This document shows, in pieces, positions 28,414 to 39,100 of a stretch of DNA of 64,000 nt. The stretch is from IMG/VR virus record IMGVR_UViG_3300042430_001364. The stretch is one strand, 5' to 3'. The translations under genes and the position numbers were made by a program. Source of the DNA: an uncultured virus (IMG/VR IMGVR_UViG_3300042430_001364). Taxonomy: Duplodnaviria; Heunggongvirae; Uroviricota; Caudoviricetes. Within the stretch, counting starts at the first letter, position 1. Every line of letters starts with the position of its first letter. Below the pieces are notes generated by a model. That model saw only the letters and a program-made list of their open reading frames with translations, had not been told where the DNA came from and ran no database searches.

Positions 28414-30326
28414 AAAAAACAGTAGTATTTCATAGCAACAGCAGCCGTATCTTTACTGGTTTCGGCAAGAACATGAAGAATGTTCTTCGTTACTTGTATA
28501 AAACTGGTAAGTATAACCTTGTCGAATTTGCTAATACTAAGTATAAAGATTCCGACGAATTAAAAACTCTTCCTTGGAAGGGCGTTGGCACTATGCCTGA
28601 ACCAGCGGTTGTTCAAGCTTTAGCTTCCGACCAAACAAAACTTCGGGCAGTTAGTTATGGCCATCATGAGATTGATAATCTTATGAAAGAAATTAAGCCC
28701 GACTTTTATATCGGCATTGAAGATATTTGGGCGTTGGCTCCGCTTACAGAAAAGAAATGGTGGAATAACAACTGTATGGTATGGACAACTCTTGATTCGC
28801 TTCCTCTTTATCAAGACGCTATCAAAATCATTCCAAAGGTTAAGCATTATTATGCTTGGGCTTCGTTCGCTGGCAAAGAAGCTGAACGTCTTGGTCATCC
28901 TAAAGGCTCAATCAAAACTCTTAGAGGCTCCACTGAAACATCTTCGTTCTTTCGCTTGAAAGAAGAAGACAGAACTGCTTTGAGAAAAGAGTTTGGACTC
29001 ACTGATGAATTTATTATTGGTTTCGTATTTAGAAATCAACTTCGCAAAAGCGTTCCTAACTTAATTCAAGGATTCAAGAAGTTTAAACAGGACAATCCTA
29101 AGTCAAAAGCTAAACTGCTGCTTCACACTCACTGGGGCGAAGGCTGGGATATTGCTAAACTGATCAAAGATAATGAAATAAGCAACGATGATGTATTGAC
29201 CACTTACTTCTGCAAGAAATGTAAGCAGTACGAGATCAAAAAGTTTTCTGGTCAAAAGATCGCGTGCAAATACTGCGACGGTAAAGACACTGTTGAAACG
29301 ACGAATATCACAAATGGCGTAAGCGAAGAGCAGTTAAATGAGATTTACAACTTAATGGATGTTTACTGCCATCCGTTTACTAGTGGCGGTCAAGAAATTC
29401 CTGTTACCGAAGCCAAGTTAACTGGTTTGATTACTTTAGTTACTAATTATTCGTGCGGCGAAGACTTTTCGACCGAAGAAAGTGGCGGTATGCCGCTTAG
29501 TTGGAAGCCGTACTACGAACCGGGCACTAATTTCATCAAAGCGACCACACTTCCTGAGTCTATCGCTGAGAAAATTGAACGAGTTTACAAGATGCCGCTC
29601 GAAAAGCGTCTTGTGATGGGTAAGAAAGCTAGAAAGTTTGTTATCGAGAATCTTTCTGCCGAAGTTATCGGTAAGCAGATAGAAGAAATCATAGACAACT
29701 CCTCAACCGTCGAATGGAATTTTGAAAGCGACTTTGTTCCGCGCAATCCAAATCATATTCCTCTCGACACAGAAGATAACGTAGCTTGGGTTATTGACTT
29801 GTACAAAAACATTCTCAGAATGACGGTTGACGAGAATGATGACGGTCTTAAAACTTGGATTTCCCAATTGAACAAAGGAGTAACCAGAGATCAAATCTTG
29901 TCTTATTTCAGAAATGTTGGAGCTAAAGAGAATCAACAAAACAATAAAATTGAATTGTCCGATTTACTTGATAAGGATGATCTTGGTCGCCGAATCTTAT
30001 TTGTGATGCCGCAAAGTGCTGGCGATGTTTTCATGAGCACTTCTCTGCTTCCTTCGATTAAAGAAGTGTATCCTGAATACAACATTTACTTTGCCACAAA
30101 ACCAGAATTTAACGAGCTGCTCAACGGCAATCCCCATATCCATAAAGTTTTACATTTTACTCCCGCAATGGAGAACCTCTTGACTATGGAAGGTCACGCT
30201 AAAGGCGAAGGTTATTTCGACATTACATTCTTGCCTCATTTCGGGACTCAAAAAAATTACGATTACCAGCATAACGGTATAGACAAAATTCAATTCAATC
30301 TTCTTTCTAGCCATGCACTTACTTAA
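28410..30326 (+). CDS. Multidomain glycosyltransferase (GT4 with CxxC insert, helical linker, GT9-like N-terminal domain)
   Basis: TGFG, RNQLRKSVP, CKKC/CKYC, GGQEIPVTEA; C-terminal SAGDVFMSTSLL..NPHI. Confidence 0.75.
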   Translation: MKKTVVFHSNSSRIFTGFGKNMKNVLRYLYKTGKYNLVEFANTKYKDSDELKTLPWKGVGTMPEPAVVQALASDQTKLRAVSYGHHEIDNLMKEIKPDFYIGIEDIWALAPLTEKKWWNNNCMVWTTLDSLPLYQDAIKIIPKVKHYYAWASFAGKEAERLGHPKGSIKTLRGSTETSSFFRLKEEDRTALRKEFGLTDEFIIGFVFRNQLRKSVPNLIQGFKKFKQDNPKSKAKLLLHTHWGEGWDIAKLIKDNEISNDDVLTTYFCKKCKQYEIKKFSGQKIACKYCDGKDTVETTNITNGVSEEQLNEIYNLMDVYCHPFTSGGQEIPVTEAKLTGLITLVTNYSCGEDFSTEESGGMPLSWKPYYEPGTNFIKATTLPESIAEKIERVYKMPLEKRLVMGKKARKFVIENLSAEVIGKQIEEIIDNSSTVEWNFESDFVPRNPNHIPLDTEDNVAWVIDLYKNILRMTVDENDDGLKTWISQLNKGVTRDQILSYFRNVGAKENQQNNKIELSDLLDKDDLGRRILFVMPQSAGDVFMSTSLLPSIKEVYPEYNIYFATKPEFNELLNGNPHIHKVLHFTPAMENLLTMEGHAKGEGYFDITFLPHFGTQKNYDYQHNGIDKIQFNLLSSHALT

Positions 30327-31515
30327 TCGTTACGCATTATCTTGCGGCGTTTTAATCGACAAGCCCACTGTTAACGAAGCTTATTATCCTTTAGCCATTG
30401 ATAAGTATATCGTTTTCCAAACGAGCGGCAAAGGCAACTCTCGCCAGTACGATTACTGGACAAAGGTATTTTCTCACATTAAAGAATATACAACTGATTA
30501 TAAAATCATTCACGTTGGAATTGAATCAGATCAATCAGTAAGTGCGGTCGATATGGACCTGAGAGGTAAAACATCTTTGCCTCAACTAGCTTACCTTATT
30601 AAGAATGCTTCTCTTTATCTTGGTATTGATAGCTTGTCAGCTCACTTTGCGGGTCATTTCAATACAAAGATCGTAGCGATGTATCCTTATTGCTACGCTC
30701 AAAACTGCAAACCGTTTTGGGGCGACCCAGCAAACCAAACCTTGCTTGAAGTTGACTGGAAGACTCAAGGTAAGCCATCCTTTTCGCTTACAGAGGAAAA
30801 GAAGAAGATTAACACGTTCATGCCAGAGGTGGTCGCTAGAGCGGCTTTAAACCAACTTGGCATTGAAAACGACTTGGATAAAGTAAAGACTTTGCACATT
30901 GGTGACTTGTATCATAAGCCTACGATTGAGATTGTTCCCGATTCTTTGATGGCTCCAGCGGTAATTAAAGATAAAATCTGCAACATCAGAATGGACTACT
31001 ATTATTCTGAAGCTAATCTTGTTCGCTTGGCTTCGGTAAGCTTTCTTAACATCATTACCGATAAAGAAATTCCTATTAAAGTTATCGACGCTATCAAATC
31101 TAAGGTTCACGGTATCACAGTTATCGCTAACGAATCTATTACTCTTGAATACCTCAAGGACGTAAAATCTCTTGGAATTAAAATTGATTTAATTGCCAAG
31201 TATAACGATAACTGGGGAGCTTTAGCTGAAAAGTTTTTTGATTTTGGTTTAGAAAAAGATGAAGTATTTGATAAAAATACAGTCAAAACACTTGACATGA
31301 TAGATGAAACGTGTCTTTTTTCCTCTGAAAAGATAATCCTTTCAGAAGAGAAAGTTTTCGCCAGTAAGTTAGCTTGGAAAAATAACCAACCAAAGCTTGA
31401 CAGATTGGCGAAAGTCGTAGATGACCCTATCTTCTGGGAGGAATTAGATCACTTCCATATTATAAAAGATGAACGACTCAAACACAAAACCATTCGACAA
31501 GCCGACCAATCGTGA
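30313..31515 (+). CDS. GT9 (heptosyltransferase-like) domain protein
   Basis: DLRGKTSLPQLAYLIKNASLYLGIDSLSAHFA. Confidence 0.75.
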   Translation: MHLLNRYALSCGVLIDKPTVNEAYYPLAIDKYIVFQTSGKGNSRQYDYWTKVFSHIKEYTTDYKIIHVGIESDQSVSAVDMDLRGKTSLPQLAYLIKNASLYLGIDSLSAHFAGHFNTKIVAMYPYCYAQNCKPFWGDPANQTLLEVDWKTQGKPSFSLTEEKKKINTFMPEVVARAALNQLGIENDLDKVKTLHIGDLYHKPTIEIVPDSLMAPAVIKDKICNIRMDYYYSEANLVRLASVSFLNIITDKEIPIKVIDAIKSKVHGITVIANESITLEYLKDVKSLGIKIDLIAKYNDNWGALAEKFFDFGLEKDEVFDKNTVKTLDMIDETCLFSSEKIILSEEKVFASKLAWKNNQPKLDRLAKVVDDPIFWEELDHFHIIKDERLKHKTIRQADQS

Positions 31516-32248
31516 CGAACGAGGGTTGTTAAAAAACGTTAATTATATCTTCAATCAAGATGGCTCCGTCAACTGGCGAGCTATGGTGAAACCAGCGCAC
31601 CTTTATCCAAATAAAGGCGCGTTTGAACGTTTTGGTAAACCAGTTCCAGATTCTATCGAAGGGTTGGAAGATAATAAGCTTCTGATCAAGCTTTCGGGAA
31701 TTAAAGAAGTCGCTAAACTTCGCGGTTATAGCAGGGTTTCATATACTTTTCCTAAACTTGAAAAAGATTATGTAGTTGCTGTATGCTCCGTAGATTGGAT
31801 TTCTAATTTTGAAAGCACCAATCAAATTGCTGGTGAAGATAGCTGGGAAGCTTGTTCTTCTATGGATGTCGCTAACGCTACTTTTGAAAATACTGATGGT
31901 TTTGGTCAAAAGTTCCTAGAAACTATTGCAGCCAACCGAGCTTTTGTTCGCTCTGTCCGCAATTATCTTGGTATCCATATCGTCGGCGAAGACGAAATCG
32001 ACAAGAAAGGCTCTAGCAAATTAATCGCCGCAAGCGATCATTCAAGCGACATTACTCCTCAAGGAGTTTTAAAGAATAAGTTCAGAGACTCTGAGCACAA
32101 TTCTGGTGGAGACGAGTTTGAGAACTTTAAAAATTTTCTACGCGGTCTTTGGAAATCTGAAACATATCGCAACGAAGAAGCTTCTAAATGGAAGACTTGG
32201 ACTGATATTCCAGTTAAAGAAGCTCGCGCCTTAATTAAGTTTGTCTAA
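31469..32248 (+). CDS. Hypothetical protein, possibly Rad52/Sak-like ssDNA annealing protein
   Basis: LETIAANRAFVRSVRNYLGI..EDEI resembles the AETRA..RA helix of phage annealases. Confidence 0.4.
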   Translation: MNDSNTKPFDKPTNRDERGLLKNVNYIFNQDGSVNWRAMVKPAHLYPNKGAFERFGKPVPDSIEGLEDNKLLIKLSGIKEVAKLRGYSRVSYTFPKLEKDYVVAVCSVDWISNFESTNQIAGEDSWEACSSMDVANATFENTDGFGQKFLETIAANRAFVRSVRNYLGIHIVGEDEIDKKGSSKLIAASDHSSDITPQGVLKNKFRDSEHNSGGDEFENFKNFLRGLWKSETYRNEEASKWKTWTDIPVKEARALIKFV

Positions 32249-32249
32249 T

Positions 32250-32720
32250 ATGGTCAAGAGGATCGTTAAGGCTTCTGAGCTTAAAGCTATTCTTGATGAA
32301 ATGTCTTTGACCGAGCGGATACAAAACATCTGCAAAATTCAAAAACATTGGGGAGCAGAGTGGGATTTAAACTACCTAAAAGATAGGTTAGTTACCGCTC
32401 TGCTCACTCTCAAAGATGACGCTGTTTTCTTCGTTTATTTTAGAGACGGAAAACCTAACTCTATCTTTGCTGGATTCGTTTCTTCTGATTGGGTCAGCGG
32501 CAGAAGAGGTGTGCAAGAAATCATTTGGGTTACTTGCGGAAAGTCTTATCTTGACGGTATTAAGGTAATTTCTGCTGTCGAAGAATTTATTCAGCAAAGA
32601 AGCCTTGACTTCTTAAACTGCTCCTACATTAGTCATGGCGGCGACCCTAGAGTCCAGATGTTTTACATGAACAATGGATTCAATGTGGATACACTCAATT
32701 TCGTTAAGAACTACAAATAG
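32250..32720 (+). CDS. GNAT-like protein
   Basis: Size and C-terminal FYMNNGF motif. Confidence 0.4.
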   Translation: MVKRIVKASELKAILDEMSLTERIQNICKIQKHWGAEWDLNYLKDRLVTALLTLKDDAVFFVYFRDGKPNSIFAGFVSSDWVSGRRGVQEIIWVTCGKSYLDGIKVISAVEEFIQQRSLDFLNCSYISHGGDPRVQMFYMNNGFNVDTLNFVKNYK

Positions 32721-32792
32721 TTTCTTAAAGAAGTTTGTTTAACATTAACGTCTGTTTAACCTGTAAATTATCTTACCTATTTTGGTTTCAAT

Positions 32793-35081
32793 ATGAAAAA
32801 ATTCATGAACGTAAAGAAAAGAAGCGGCGAAGTTGAAAAATTCGATGCTGACAAAATTAATAAAGTTTTAGCTTGGGCCTGTGAAGGTATTAGCGATACT
32901 TCTCTTGAAGAAGTGGGAATTAATGCTAACCTATCTTTCTTTGATGGAATATCTTCCAAAGATGTTCACAACACTTTGATTGAGTCTGCCGCTAATTTGA
33001 TCTCTGAGGAAAAGCCTCAGTATCAATATGTTGCTTCTCGTTTGCAGAACTATCAGCTGCGTAAAGAGGTTTGGGGTGGCAGAAATGCTCCAAAGCTTAT
33101 CGACTTCGTTAAAGAAAACATTTCTTCTGGCATTTATGATGCCGACATTCTTAAATGGTACGATGAGAGAGAGTTCCATAAGATTGACGAGTATTTAAAA
33201 CATGACCGTGATTTTTCGTTCACTTATGCTGGCATTAAACAGTTGTGCGAGAAATACTTAGTTCAGAACCGTACTACAAAGAAAATCTACGAAACGCCGC
33301 AATTTGCTTATATGCTTATTGCTATGACTTTGTTTAGGAACTATACGTCAAATAGACTTCAATACGTTAAGCGAGCCTATAATTACTTTAGCCAACACAA
33401 GATCAATCTTCCTACGCCAATTATGGCGGGCGTTCGCACGACTTTGAAGTCTTATGCTTCATGCGCCCTGTTCACTGTTGACGACACTTTAGATTCGATT
33501 TTCGGCAATAATACCGCTGTTGGCCTAGCAACTGCCAACCGATACGGTATCGGCATGAATATCAGCCGCATTCGCGCTGTAAACAGCCCAGTTAAAGGCG
33601 GCATGGTCAGTCATACTGGCCCAATTCCGTTCTTGAAGATGTTTGAATCTACCGTTAAGTCTTGCCATCAAAACGGTATTCGCGGTGGCTCGGCAACAGT
33701 TAACGTTGCTTGGTTCCATCACGACATTGAAGACATTATGGTTCTCAAGAACAATGCTGGCACTGATGACAATCGTGTTCGCAAACTTGATTACTGCATT
33801 GGCTTTGATCGTTTGTTCTATGATCGCGCTATGTCTAACAAGACTGTAACTCTTTTCTCTTACCATGAAGTTCCTGAACTTTGGAATAACTTTGGCATGG
33901 AAGGTTTCAAGGAGCTTTACGAAGCTGCCGAAAAGAACAATAAAATTAAATTTAAAAAGGTCGTTAACGCCAGAGAACTTCTTTTCTTATTCTCTAAAGA
34001 ACGTGTAGAGACTGGTCGTATTTATTTGATGAATGTTGACCATGCTAATTCTCATGGTTCTTGGACTGAACAAGTTGATACCGCTAACCTTTGCTTGGAA
34101 GTTAATCATCCATTAACTGCAATCAAAGATGTTAACGATAAAGATGGTGAAATCGGCGTCTGCATTCTTTCTGCTGTTAATCTTTTGGAAATTTCAGAAG
34201 ATGAAATGGAATCAGTGTGCGATGTTATTGTTCGGATGCTTGAAGAACTGATTGACCATCAAAATTATTTCGTTCCAGCGGCGGAGAACTTCGCTAAGAA
34301 GCGTCGTAGTCTTGGCGTTGGCGTTACCAACTTAGCTGCTTGGCTTGCTAAACGAGAAATCAAATACTTCGATAAGCAAGCTCCTAACAAGGTTGCTGCG
34401 CTTATGGAGTCTATCAGCTATAATCTTATCAAAGCTTCTGTTGAGATTGCCAAGGAAAAAGGTAAGTGCGAAAAGTTCCATCTTACTAAATTTTCTCAAG
34501 GAATTCTTCCAATTGACACTTACTGCAAGAACGTTGATGAGTTCGTTACCGAGAAGCTCCATTTTGATTGGGAAGCTCTTCGTAAAGAAATCGCTCAACA
34601 CGGTATGCGTCACAGCACTTTAACAGCTATCATGCCTGTTGAATCTAGCTCCGTAATTCAATCTTCCACAAATGGGATTGAGCCTCCTCGCTCGCTTATT
34701 TCGTTTAAGCGTTCAAAAGCTGGAGTTATATCTGTTGTTGTTCCAAACATTAAAGAGCATAAGAGACACTATACTATCGCTTCCGAAATGCCAAACAACG
34801 ACGGCTATCTTAAAGTAGCCGCCGCTATTCAAAAATTCGTAGATATGAGTATGTCAACGAACTTGTATTACAATACAGCCAATTACCCAAGCAAAGTTCC
34901 GCCACAAACCGATCTTGTTCGTGATATCCTGTTGGCTTATAAGTATGGTATCAAAAATCTTTACTATACAAACACATTTGACGGCGATACACAAACCGTA
35001 CTTGGTTCAGCAACAGAAGTTAAAAAAGTAGAACCAGAAGTAGAAGCAGATAATTGCTCCAGTGGAGCTTGCACCCTATAA
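32793..35081 (+). CDS. nrdA: Ribonucleotide reductase class Ia alpha subunit with ATP cone
   Basis: VKKRSG ATP cone, PTP, SCAL, QNGIRGG, NLCLE, MPVESSS, LYY, C-terminal CSSGAC. Confidence 0.97.
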   Translation: MKKFMNVKKRSGEVEKFDADKINKVLAWACEGISDTSLEEVGINANLSFFDGISSKDVHNTLIESAANLISEEKPQYQYVASRLQNYQLRKEVWGGRNAPKLIDFVKENISSGIYDADILKWYDEREFHKIDEYLKHDRDFSFTYAGIKQLCEKYLVQNRTTKKIYETPQFAYMLIAMTLFRNYTSNRLQYVKRAYNYFSQHKINLPTPIMAGVRTTLKSYASCALFTVDDTLDSIFGNNTAVGLATANRYGIGMNISRIRAVNSPVKGGMVSHTGPIPFLKMFESTVKSCHQNGIRGGSATVNVAWFHHDIEDIMVLKNNAGTDDNRVRKLDYCIGFDRLFYDRAMSNKTVTLFSYHEVPELWNNFGMEGFKELYEAAEKNNKIKFKKVVNARELLFLFSKERVETGRIYLMNVDHANSHGSWTEQVDTANLCLEVNHPLTAIKDVNDKDGEIGVCILSAVNLLEISEDEMESVCDVIVRMLEELIDHQNYFVPAAENFAKKRRSLGVGVTNLAAWLAKREIKYFDKQAPNKVAALMESISYNLIKASVEIAKEKGKCEKFHLTKFSQGILPIDTYCKNVDEFVTEKLHFDWEALRKEIAQHGMRHSTLTAIMPVESSSVIQSSTNGIEPPRSLISFKRSKAGVISVVVPNIKEHKRHYTIASEMPNNDGYLKVAAAIQKFVDMSMSTNLYYNTANYPSKVPPQTDLVRDILLAYKYGIKNLYYTNTFDGDTQTVLGSATEVKKVEPEVEADNCSSGACTL

Positions 35082-35084
35082 AAA

Positions 35085-36140
35085 ATGAAAACAGTATTAA
35101 ATACCATTAACACAGACTCTCTTAAACAGCCGATCTTTCTTGGCGAAGATTTAGCTATTCAGCGTTATGACCGTTTGAAGTATCCAAAGTTCTATGATCT
35201 TTACGATCAACAGATGAACTTCTTTTGGCGACCACAAGAGGTTAATCTTACTAAAGATTCCGCTGATTACAAGAACTTGTCTCCAGAAGAACGTTTCGTT
35301 TTTGATAGCAATCTTCGCTTTCAGACGATGACTGATTCTATGCTTTCACGCAGTATCAATTCTCTTGCTGATTACGTTAGCAATCCAGAGCTTGAAATTT
35401 GCATGAATGTATGGTCTTTCTTTGAAACTATTCACAGCAATAGCTATACTTACATTCTCCAAAACGTACATCCTGATGCTACTAAGTTCTTTGATTCCAT
35501 CTTAGAAGATAAAGAGATTGTTAAACGCGCAGAAGCTATTTCTAGCCGATATGACGCGCTCTTGAATACTAAGAGCAGCGATCCTAAACAGCAAATCTTT
35601 GATGCTTTGTTGGCTACCCAAATCACCGAAGGTCTTACCTTCTACGTCTCGTTCGCTTGCTCGTTCTATTTCGGCTATCGCGGCAAGATGGAAGGGAACG
35701 CAAAGATCATCAACTTGATTTCCAGAGACGAGAATCTCCATGTTGCTATCACGCAAAACATCTTTAAAATTCTCCGAGATAATCCAAAAGAAGGCTTTCA
35801 AGAAATAATCAAGAACAATGAAGACCGTGTTTATGAAGCTTATCGTATGGCAGTGGACGCTGAAAAAGAATGGGCCGATTACCTTTTCTCTCGCGGCAGC
35901 TTGATTGGCTTGACCCCTGATTCTCTCAAGAACTACGTTGAATGGCTTGCTGATAACCGTTTAACTTCTATGGGTTATAAGAAAATCTATAATGTTAAAG
36001 CTAATCCTCTTTCTGGATGGTTGAACAGCTTCTACGATAGCAAAAAGATTCAAGTTGCGCCTCAAGAAACAGAAATCTCGTCCTACGTTAAAGGCGTAGA
36101 TAACAAGATGGATGAATCTGTTTTCGATATTAAGCTTTAA
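35085..36140 (+). CDS. nrdB: Ribonucleotide reductase class Ia beta subunit
   Basis: FFWRPQEV, ETIHSNSY, EGLTFYVSF, RDENLH, APQETEISSY. Confidence 0.97.
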   Translation: MKTVLNTINTDSLKQPIFLGEDLAIQRYDRLKYPKFYDLYDQQMNFFWRPQEVNLTKDSADYKNLSPEERFVFDSNLRFQTMTDSMLSRSINSLADYVSNPELEICMNVWSFFETIHSNSYTYILQNVHPDATKFFDSILEDKEIVKRAEAISSRYDALLNTKSSDPKQQIFDALLATQITEGLTFYVSFACSFYFGYRGKMEGNAKIINLISRDENLHVAITQNIFKILRDNPKEGFQEIIKNNEDRVYEAYRMAVDAEKEWADYLFSRGSLIGLTPDSLKNYVEWLADNRLTSMGYKKIYNVKANPLSGWLNSFYDSKKIQVAPQETEISSYVKGVDNKMDESVFDIKL

Positions 36141-39100
36141 TCCAAGTAAAGATTATCGCCTCTTGAATCAATCCATTCATCTCCTATTCTAATAATCTCG
36201 GTTCTTTCACCGGGTTTAAGAATAGTTATTGTTTTGCCACCAGCAGAACCAGCAGCAGAGGATGTTTTTATATAAATATCCTCTTTTCCGTTGTTCATCA
36301 TGTTGTATGATGAGCCTTCTTCTATGTCTTCTGGTACTGTTACAGTAGATTTTGTTTCCGCTTTCATATTTAAAAGAGCCTCGGTTTCTTTTTCTGTTAA
36401 AGCTACAACTTCTTCCACTCTTTTTACGGTTCCGCCTGTTCCACTATAAGCTGTTCCAGAGTATTTAAATTCTGATCCAATAAGTACTGTAGTAGCTCCT
36501 AACGCAGTCCAATTAACATCAGTTCCAAAGCTCACAATTTTAAATTTTAAATTTTTATTGCTGGCTTGAGCCATTTGACTTGCTAAAATCTCATCGTTTT
36601 GATCAGCGCCTCCATTTAAACGGAAATCAACAGGTTTTGAAATTGGAGCTTTATCAACTTTGTCTTCTAGGTAGCCGCTAACGACAGTGGACATTACCCC
36701 TTTGCCGAAATCATCATAAGGTTGAAATTTAAAGTAGTACCATTTATTTCTTTCGATAGTTGAACTTGAAAGCCTGATAGTATTTACATAAGCTCTAGTT
36801 TCATTAAGTCCTTGTTCTTTATGAAGGTTTGTAAAATCAGTTGTATCTGGTGTGAAAGCAGCAGAATCGCCGCTATATATATCAACTTTATATACGTCTT
36901 TGTTTGATGTTGGAGAATGACAGTTAAATACAAGTTCGTTATACGACACAGCTTCTGGAAACACCGTAATACTTAATCCAGAGAATCCTACCTTATCGGA
37001 AGGTACTAGATTTAAGTCAGCATCGCCGAATGTTCCATCGTTTAGCTTAAATAATTCGCGGCCTTCGTTAAGTCCGTATTGGCTGTAATGTTCTTGACCC
37101 CAAACTTCCTTTGAAGTTGATTTATTAACGTTGTTGTCGTAATATTTAGCCAAATCTTCGTAGTAATTGACGTAGGCAGTATAATCAGGATCAGAACCTC
37201 TATAATTGATCGTAATGCCATCTCCTGCTGGCCTTGCTAGGACAGTTCTGACAGAGCCTTCTCCTACTCCGTCAAATCCATCAGCAGATTTAAACGCTTC
37301 TACAATATTTTCGTATGTTATTTCTCCTGTTTCGCTTCTGATTAATAGTGAATCAGCGCCTCTAATTCCAGAACCAGTAACTACGTTATCCTGACCGCTA
37401 TTCCATACAGCCAATTTAACTCCTTGGGTGTTTCCGAAGAATCCAGACAATACGTAATAAGGAGAGTCTTGGAAAGAATCAATCACTTGAATATTATCAT
37501 ATTCTGGCAAAACATTAAAAGAATTATATCTGCCGTAACTGTCTAAGTCATTTACTCCTTTAACTGTTACTCTTAAAGAAAGATTTCTAGTTGGAAGGAC
37601 GTTTTTATAATCAACCGTTTCTCTGCTCGTTAATCTTTTATTAGCGTCTTGGTCGATTCTGTAAGATAATCCTTGATAATTTTCTACGCTTTCTAAAACG
37701 TTACCGCCTATATCTAATACTTCAATTTTTACGTTCGGCGGGAACGACATGAAAGGATTGTTCCGCATTTTCTCTACAGTGGAAATAACTCCTCCTGTTG
37801 GATCTATATATCTCCATCTGAAAGTGACATCGGAAGAGGTAAAATTACCTTGTCCGTATCCGACCAATGTAGTTTGTCTAGTTGCTACAGGTTGATCTTC
37901 TCTTGGATACCAAATCACATTATATCCTAAACTCTTTACGTCAGCCGTATCGACTCTCATTCCAGTCACTAGTACCCTATCCACTGAACGGTTAGCTCCA
38001 TCAGAATAAACTGTTAACGTCGATGCTGGAAGAACATGGAATGTTTTAGAAGCCGCAGAACGAGACAAGAATTTATACGGCGCTTTTCCTTGCGTGTAAA
38101 CATCAATGTCGTATTGACCATAAATGTCGTTGATTGGAATGCCAGTGCTCAACGCTGTTTTAGGAACGAAATAAAATTCAGTCAAAGCTGAATCATGAGT
38201 AGTAGAGTAATCTGGTCTGCTAACATATATTTTATATCCAGTAAAATCAGCAACATCAGTTGTTGAAGCAGTCCAAGATAAAGAAATTCCCGTTCCTCCG
38301 TAGATACCATTGTAAAGCAGGTTCGTTGGCTCTTCTGGTTTCAGAATAATATCGTAAGGTGATTTTACATAGATAGTAGATGAAGTATCATCAATTTCTC
38401 TTTCTACATAATCTTCTTTGTTTGGATGATATTCTAGTCCAACAATCCCATAAAGATTCGCCTCTTCTTCTTTGGTCGCTATTGTTTTGTAAAACTTAGG
38501 TTCAACACCAGATCCACTTAATACATAAAGACCACCGGGTTCTAATGAATTTAAGTTTTGCGGACTTGTGCTCAAGTCTAAATTATAGAATCCAATTGGA
38601 TAACCAGTTCCATAAATTAATCCGCTGTAACCAATTCCATCTATTTCCGCTAGATTCCGAAGATCAGTTTGACCCAAAGGACCCGGTCCTTCGTACATTT
38701 CAATTCCGATAGAATTAAATGCGTCAACAACATGAGCTGTTGTTAAAGATCCCGAAACCAAAACTTTGTTTTTACCAAAGAAGTCTTTAGGAAATCCTAC
38801 TGTAGAGTAACCTAAATTACTTCCAAGCGACCATTTTGAAAAAGTGGGCGTGGCTGATAAATAATCATCAGTAAAACTAGCAGACGAAACATGATCTACT
38901 TTTGCATAATATGGTTTTGAATCTACCTGAACGTAAACGCCTCTTTTGTAATTGATGTTAGGCTTCCAAGCAGAAAAGCTAGACTGTTGTTGATTACCAA
39001 TATCTGCTTGAACTATTGTATAGTATGGTTGGAGCTTGCTCATTGCTAGCAAGTCTCTGTATATAAATTTAATGCTTCCAATATCATTTAGAGTCTTGGA

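Noticed and set aside
21699..35081. Inteins or introns in dnaE and nrdA
   Set aside because: Motif spacing is normal and no splice-junction or LAGLIDADG signature is visible.
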